DNA of 45,089 nucleotides. It comes from an uncultured Planctomycetia bacterium. Lineage in GTDB: Bacteria; Omnitrophota; Gorgyraeia; Tantalellales; Tantalellaceae. The position numbers were made by a program, and so were the translations under genes. The notes under the pieces are model-generated. The model was not told the origin of the DNA and did not search any database. It saw only the letters and a program-made list of their open reading frames with translations. Each line of letters starts with the position of its first letter. Within the stretch, counting starts at the first letter, position 1. Positions 41,590-45,089 of this stretch are shown in pieces. The stretch lies in NCBI GenBank assembly GCA_964528025.1, contig CAZGOZ010000004.1, positions 1 through 45,089 on the forward strand, in the 5' to 3' direction.

Positions 41590-42999
41590 CTACTCCCCTA
41601 CCACTTTATTTTTGCCTGCATCTTTGGCTTTCTCCACATACTGCCGGGCTTTGGCAATGATATCTTTTCCCGTTGCTCCGTCAATCGGGTTTTCCCCGAC
41701 TCCTACGCTTACGGTTATTTTATCGCCCTTACCCGGAGTTTTTAATTTTTCCGTTTTGTCGCGAATACTTTCGGCTATTTCGAGGGCCTCCCTTTTATTT
41801 GTCTCAGGAAGCAGTATTCCAAACTCGTCGTGATCGTTCCTCCCGACCTTTCCGACCGACGGAGCAATTTCGCCTAAAAGCGCCCCCACCTGCTTGAGGA
41901 GCTCTTTGCCCTGTGACATACCGTTTTTTTCCGCGTATTTTTTGAAATCATCCACGTTTACCAATATAAGGGAACAAGGCCGCTGATAATACTGGGCCCT
42001 GTTTATCTCGTCTTCCAGACGCCCCTCAAGACAGGAAAACGTATAAAGCCCCGTAAGGCCGTCAACCATCTCCAGGCTTTTCACCCTTTCAGATATCTGA
42101 GAGCTCTGATATGCAAGGACTAATTCTTTGGCGAATGCTCTCAGAACCTCCACGTCATCGTTGTTAAATTCGACTTCGTCCCCAAAATTAGAGGCAACTA
42201 TTACACCGACAATGGTTGTCTTTATTTTCATCGGGAATAAAATAACATTCATCCGTCCCAGCTTTTCCTTCAGCGTTTTTTGCCACGGGTCACTCGTCGG
42301 GCGGGAATCGGACAGAAGATACTCATTAGAAGCAAAAAGTTTCTCCGTGGACGAAAGCACCTCGCCTATGCTGTCGACATCTGAGTCCCTTCCCGCGTTT
42401 TCAGAAACCGATTTCAGGGAATATTTTCCGGCCTTAGTTCTTATGAATACGGCGCAATACCCCCCATACAATTCACCGGCCATCCCCTTTGTGGCAAAAT
42501 CGGCAACATCGTCAAACGACATGCCCGAGCTGATAAGATCCCCCAGACGCATTAAATTAGTGAGAGTGAGAACTTTTCTGTGAATCTTTACGTTAAGAGA
42601 TGCCGTCTCTTTGCTGTATTCCTGTAACTGTCCCAGATAGCCTCTCATCTTGCCGGTCATGGCATTGACAGCGCTGGCTATATCTCCCAGCTCATCCTCC
42701 CGTTTGAACAGAATCTTTGAATCGTATTGCCCTTCCGCAATGATTTTGGTCTCCAGCGCCAGATTTATCACCGGTAACACGATATTCTTCGCCAGCGTAT
42801 ACCCTCCCCAGGAGATCAGTATGGTCAGAAGAACAATAGCCGTTGACTGGAGCAGCCCTCCCTCTGCGTTCGGAAAAACATAATTTGAGACAAAATATGC
42901 CAAGATGAGAAGAGGGATAACAGACATGAGCGCAAATGCTATCAATAACTTGTACTTCAGGCTGCTCCGCCCCGCAGACTTAAACTTTAAAAATCCCAC
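41590..42999 (-). CDS. Membrane HAMP-GAF-GGDEF protein with a degenerate GGDEF site (DHDEF)
   Basis: GTG start at 42999, 6 nt after an AAGGAGG RBS. Two TM segments and a HAMP domain (ELGDIASAVNAMTGKM). The GGDEF fold shows LTGLYTF..VNVDDFKKY..GRNDHDEFGILL. Confidence 0.8.
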   Translation of the reverse strand: MGFLKFKSAGRSSLKYKLLIAFALMSVIPLLILAYFVSNYVFPNAEGGLLQSTAIVLLTILISWGGYTLAKNIVLPVINLALETKIIAEGQYDSKILFKREDELGDIASAVNAMTGKMRGYLGQLQEYSKETASLNVKIHRKVLTLTNLMRLGDLISSGMSFDDVADFATKGMAGELYGGYCAVFIRTKAGKYSLKSVSENAGRDSDVDSIGEVLSSTEKLFASNEYLLSDSRPTSDPWQKTLKEKLGRMNVILFPMKIKTTIVGVIVASNFGDEVEFNNDDVEVLRAFAKELVLAYQSSQISERVKSLEMVDGLTGLYTFSCLEGRLEDEINRAQYYQRPCSLILVNVDDFKKYAEKNGMSQGKELLKQVGALLGEIAPSVGKVGRNDHDEFGILLPETNKREALEIAESIRDKTEKLKTPGKGDKITVSVGVGENPIDGATGKDIIAKARQYVEKAKDAGKNKVVGE

Positions 43000-43080
43000 T
43001 ATAGACCTCCTTGACTGTCTTCTACACACAGTTTTCAATTAACATTTATATTCTATATATAATTGTCGCGCCCTATATTA

Positions 43081-43109
43081 AGAATACCCTATAGGAATAT
43101 GAAAGTCAA
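43081..43109 (-). promoter_or_regulatory. Candidate sigma70-type promoter for the GGDEF gene
   Basis: Minus strand reads TTGACT, a 17-nt spacer, then TATTCT. Confidence 0.35.
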
Positions 43110-43146
43110 AATGGTGCAATGGATGGTTCGAAGGGTGGTACGTCTT

Positions 43147-44886
43147 TTATTTTTGATATGCTTCGAATTCTGCGCGGAGGGATTGCGGATCGGCGCCCGT
43201 CTTTATGTGGTCCCATGGTAGAGCGTCTCCGGGCGTATAGGTGCGACATGCGTGATCATATATATCCAGACCGTTTTCGGCAAATGATTCCTTCCATATG
43301 CCGAAGTTAAAAAATTCTTTCCAACTGTCCATTTTCGCGCCTTTTTTCCATGCCGTATAGATAATACCTCCCATCCTGCGGTCTCCTCTTGCCATACAAC
43401 CTTCCAGAAAGGATTGCTCCAGGTCATGAAATTTTACGCGAACTTTTTTTGAGGAAAAGGACGTTAGTTCCCCTTTCATGCGAACCAGTTTTTCTTTTCT
43501 TTCCATGCCAAACCATTGCATCGGTGTATGCGCTTTCGGGATAAAAGGGTTTATGCTGATATTTATCTCGGCAGTGCCGCCGGAGACCTTTTTCTTAAGT
43601 CCGGAAAGTTCTCTGGCGAGAGCAATGATCTCTCGTGTCTCTTCGGGCGGCTGACCGGGAAGCCCCATCATAAAATACAATTTTATCTTTCGCCAACCAT
43701 GTTTAAATGCGAGAATGGCCGATTGCGAAAGCACTTCAAGATTAATATCTTTACCCAGAGATTTCCTCACGGATGCGATAGCAGATTCCGGAGCGAAAGT
43801 GAGCCCGGACTTGCGAAAAGAAGACAACGCGTCCGGCAAATCATAAAAGGCCTTATCCACCCGTAATGACGGCACCGATATCCCAACACCCTTGCCGCGA
43901 AAATCGTCTCGCAGTTCGTGAATAACATCTGCAAGACACGGATAATTCACGCTGGAAAGAGACAAAAGGGTAAAACCCTCATACCCCGTATGCGCATAGG
44001 TTTTCCGACATATCTCCCTTATGCGTTCCGGGGTTCTAATCCGCACGGGCCGGTTAATCGCGCTTGCTTGACAGAAACGACAGCCGTTCGGACACCCTCT
44101 CATTATCTCCACTATCGCTCTGTCCTGTACTATCTTTACCAGAGGGACTATTTGTTTTACAGGATAGTAAGCATTTTCAAAATCTCTGACCAGCGTTTTT
44201 TCTATACGCTTCGGGACATCATTGTTTATCGGATTCAGACCCAAGAAATTTTTCCCGGAATAATCCGCTTCATAAAAAAGCGGCACATACGTTCCTTCCA
44301 GCCGTGCAAGGCTTTTGAGAATATCTCGCCTTTCACTGTATTGCTGTTTCGCTTTTTTATACTCCTCTATGAATTTTGGGAGAGATTCTTCGGCATCACC
44401 GATCAAAAAAACATCTATGAATTCACTCATGGGTTCAGGATTATAACAGCATGCTCCGCCGGCGATAATTAAGGGCTCTTCCCGGCGGCGATGGCGAGAG
44501 GCAATCGTTATACCGCCGAGAGAAAGCATATTAAGCACGTTCGTGTAAGTCAGCTCATACGAAAGTGAAAACCCCAAAATATCAAACTTATTTATGTCGG
44601 TCTTTGATTCCAAACTGAAGAGACAACGTCCGGCGGAAATCAACTCTTTTTCCATATCATCTAACGGGGCGAATACCCGTTCACAGGCAACGTCATCACG
44701 CTCGTTAAGAAGATGATAAAGTATGCGCAGCCCCAGATAGCTCATGCCTATCTCATAAGTGTCGGGATACGCAAGCGCGACCGAGACCATCCCCGGCCGC
44801 ATCTTTTTACAGACGCTATTTGTCTCGCCGCCGATATATCTCCCCGGCTTCTGCACTTTATCAAGTATCTCTCGTAATTCTTTCAT
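43147..44886 (-). CDS. B12-binding-domain radical SAM protein (TIGR03960-like)
   Basis: 579 aa. N-terminal B12-like domain, then the MRGCPNGCRFCQA CxxxCxxC cluster motif. Confidence 0.8.
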   Translation of the reverse strand: MKELREILDKVQKPGRYIGGETNSVCKKMRPGMVSVALAYPDTYEIGMSYLGLRILYHLLNERDDVACERVFAPLDDMEKELISAGRCLFSLESKTDINKFDILGFSLSYELTYTNVLNMLSLGGITIASRHRRREEPLIIAGGACCYNPEPMSEFIDVFLIGDAEESLPKFIEEYKKAKQQYSERRDILKSLARLEGTYVPLFYEADYSGKNFLGLNPINNDVPKRIEKTLVRDFENAYYPVKQIVPLVKIVQDRAIVEIMRGCPNGCRFCQASAINRPVRIRTPERIREICRKTYAHTGYEGFTLLSLSSVNYPCLADVIHELRDDFRGKGVGISVPSLRVDKAFYDLPDALSSFRKSGLTFAPESAIASVRKSLGKDINLEVLSQSAILAFKHGWRKIKLYFMMGLPGQPPEETREIIALARELSGLKKKVSGGTAEINISINPFIPKAHTPMQWFGMERKEKLVRMKGELTSFSSKKVRVKFHDLEQSFLEGCMARGDRRMGGIIYTAWKKGAKMDSWKEFFNFGIWKESFAENGLDIYDHACRTYTPGDALPWDHIKTGADPQSLRAEFEAYQK

Positions 44887-44952
44887 GTCGTAAAAAGTCT
44901 CCTAATCTAAATAAATCCACACCATTGTACCACATTTTCGTTCCCGTTCGGA

Positions 44953-45089
44953 GCCCTTCGCCTCCCACGACCCAACTCCCCCCGTGTCTTGAACGACCCG
45001 GAGAATCGCCTGAGGGCCTTGCTCGCGAGGCTGGGGGAAAACCGCCCGAAATTTTTTTGCAATGTATTTGTATAGGACACGTTGGGAGT
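44953..45089. repeat. Dispersed repeat, copy B (runs off the window edge)
   Basis: Roughly 85-90% identical by eye to 9098-9230, same orientation. It ends with ggacacgttgggagt, which in copy A is the left arm of a 15-bp hairpin. Confidence 0.85.

Noticed and set aside
41590-42999. Annotating the GGDEF protein as the active diguanylate cyclase that feeds the neighbouring MshEN receptor
   Set aside because: The A-site reads DHDEF, and several other catalytic or substrate-binding positions are substituted. I call it a degenerate GGDEF protein and leave the c-di-GMP source open.
43115-43140. A tRNA-like T-loop sequence (ggttcgaagg)
   Set aside because: There are no complementary T-stem arms and no acceptor or anticodon stems around it. 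It lies in the short spacer between two protein genes.
9064-45089. The two direct repeat copies (9064-9230 and 44953-45089) as att-like boundaries of a 36-kb island
   Set aside because: The intervening DNA contains core single-copy housekeeping genes (argS, proBA, obg, rplU, rpmA, nadD, rng), with no integrase or other mobility gene. The repeats look like members of a dispersed family rather than island borders.

Overview
This is a 45.1-kb bacterial chromosomal window, apparently from a diderm given the SurA-like chaperone and PilQ secretin. I can support 41 CDS and all of them are on the minus strand. I recognised no rRNA, tRNA, CRISPR array, transposase or integrase.

Content, left to right:
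1. A housekeeping run: tsaD (cut by the window edge), a YibQ-like divergent polysaccharide deacetylase, gatB-gatA-gatC, rsmA, pdxA and two parvulin-type PPIases (one SurA-like, one PrsA-like).
2. An ORF-free, GC-rich hairpin and repeat cluster of about 0.5 kb.
3. A short Mfd-like translocase, argS, rsfS, a 47-aa zinc-ribbon gene missing from the ORF track, then nadD, proA, proB, obg, rpmA and rplU.
4. Two tandem, diverged copies of a three-gene pseudopilin module: a small pseudopilin, a ~765-aa giant pseudopilin and a PilX_N-like protein.
5. rng plus a short DUF2344 (TIGR03936-like) gene.
6. A complete type IVa pilus machinery block: pilQ, pilP, pilO, pilN, pilM, two pilins, pilC, two PilB-type ATPases, a stand-alone MshEN-type domain protein and pilT.
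7. A HAMP-GAF protein with a degenerate GGDEF domain, and a B12-type radical SAM protein (TIGR03960-like).

Main second-look items:
- The duplicated giant-pseudopilin tip modules, with no PilY1-like gene in the window.
- A putative c-di-GMP control layer. The stand-alone MshEN protein has two near-canonical 24-residue motifs separated by a 5-residue spacer. It sits next to two PilB paralogs whose own N-terminal motifs are degenerate, and near a GGDEF domain whose active site reads DHDEF.
- A dense family of long AT-rich imperfect palindromes: 6 full copies and 1 solo arm. Copies lie between proB and proA, between pilP and pilQ, and over the 3' end of pilQ.
- A GC-rich GTAGGGGC...GCCCCTAC hairpin family that supplies ORF termini.
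- A perfect 23-bp-stem palindrome sitting in frame inside tsaD.
- A dispersed ~135-bp repeat, with one copy running off the right edge of the window.

All protein family calls come from motif recognition by eye. No database search was possible.
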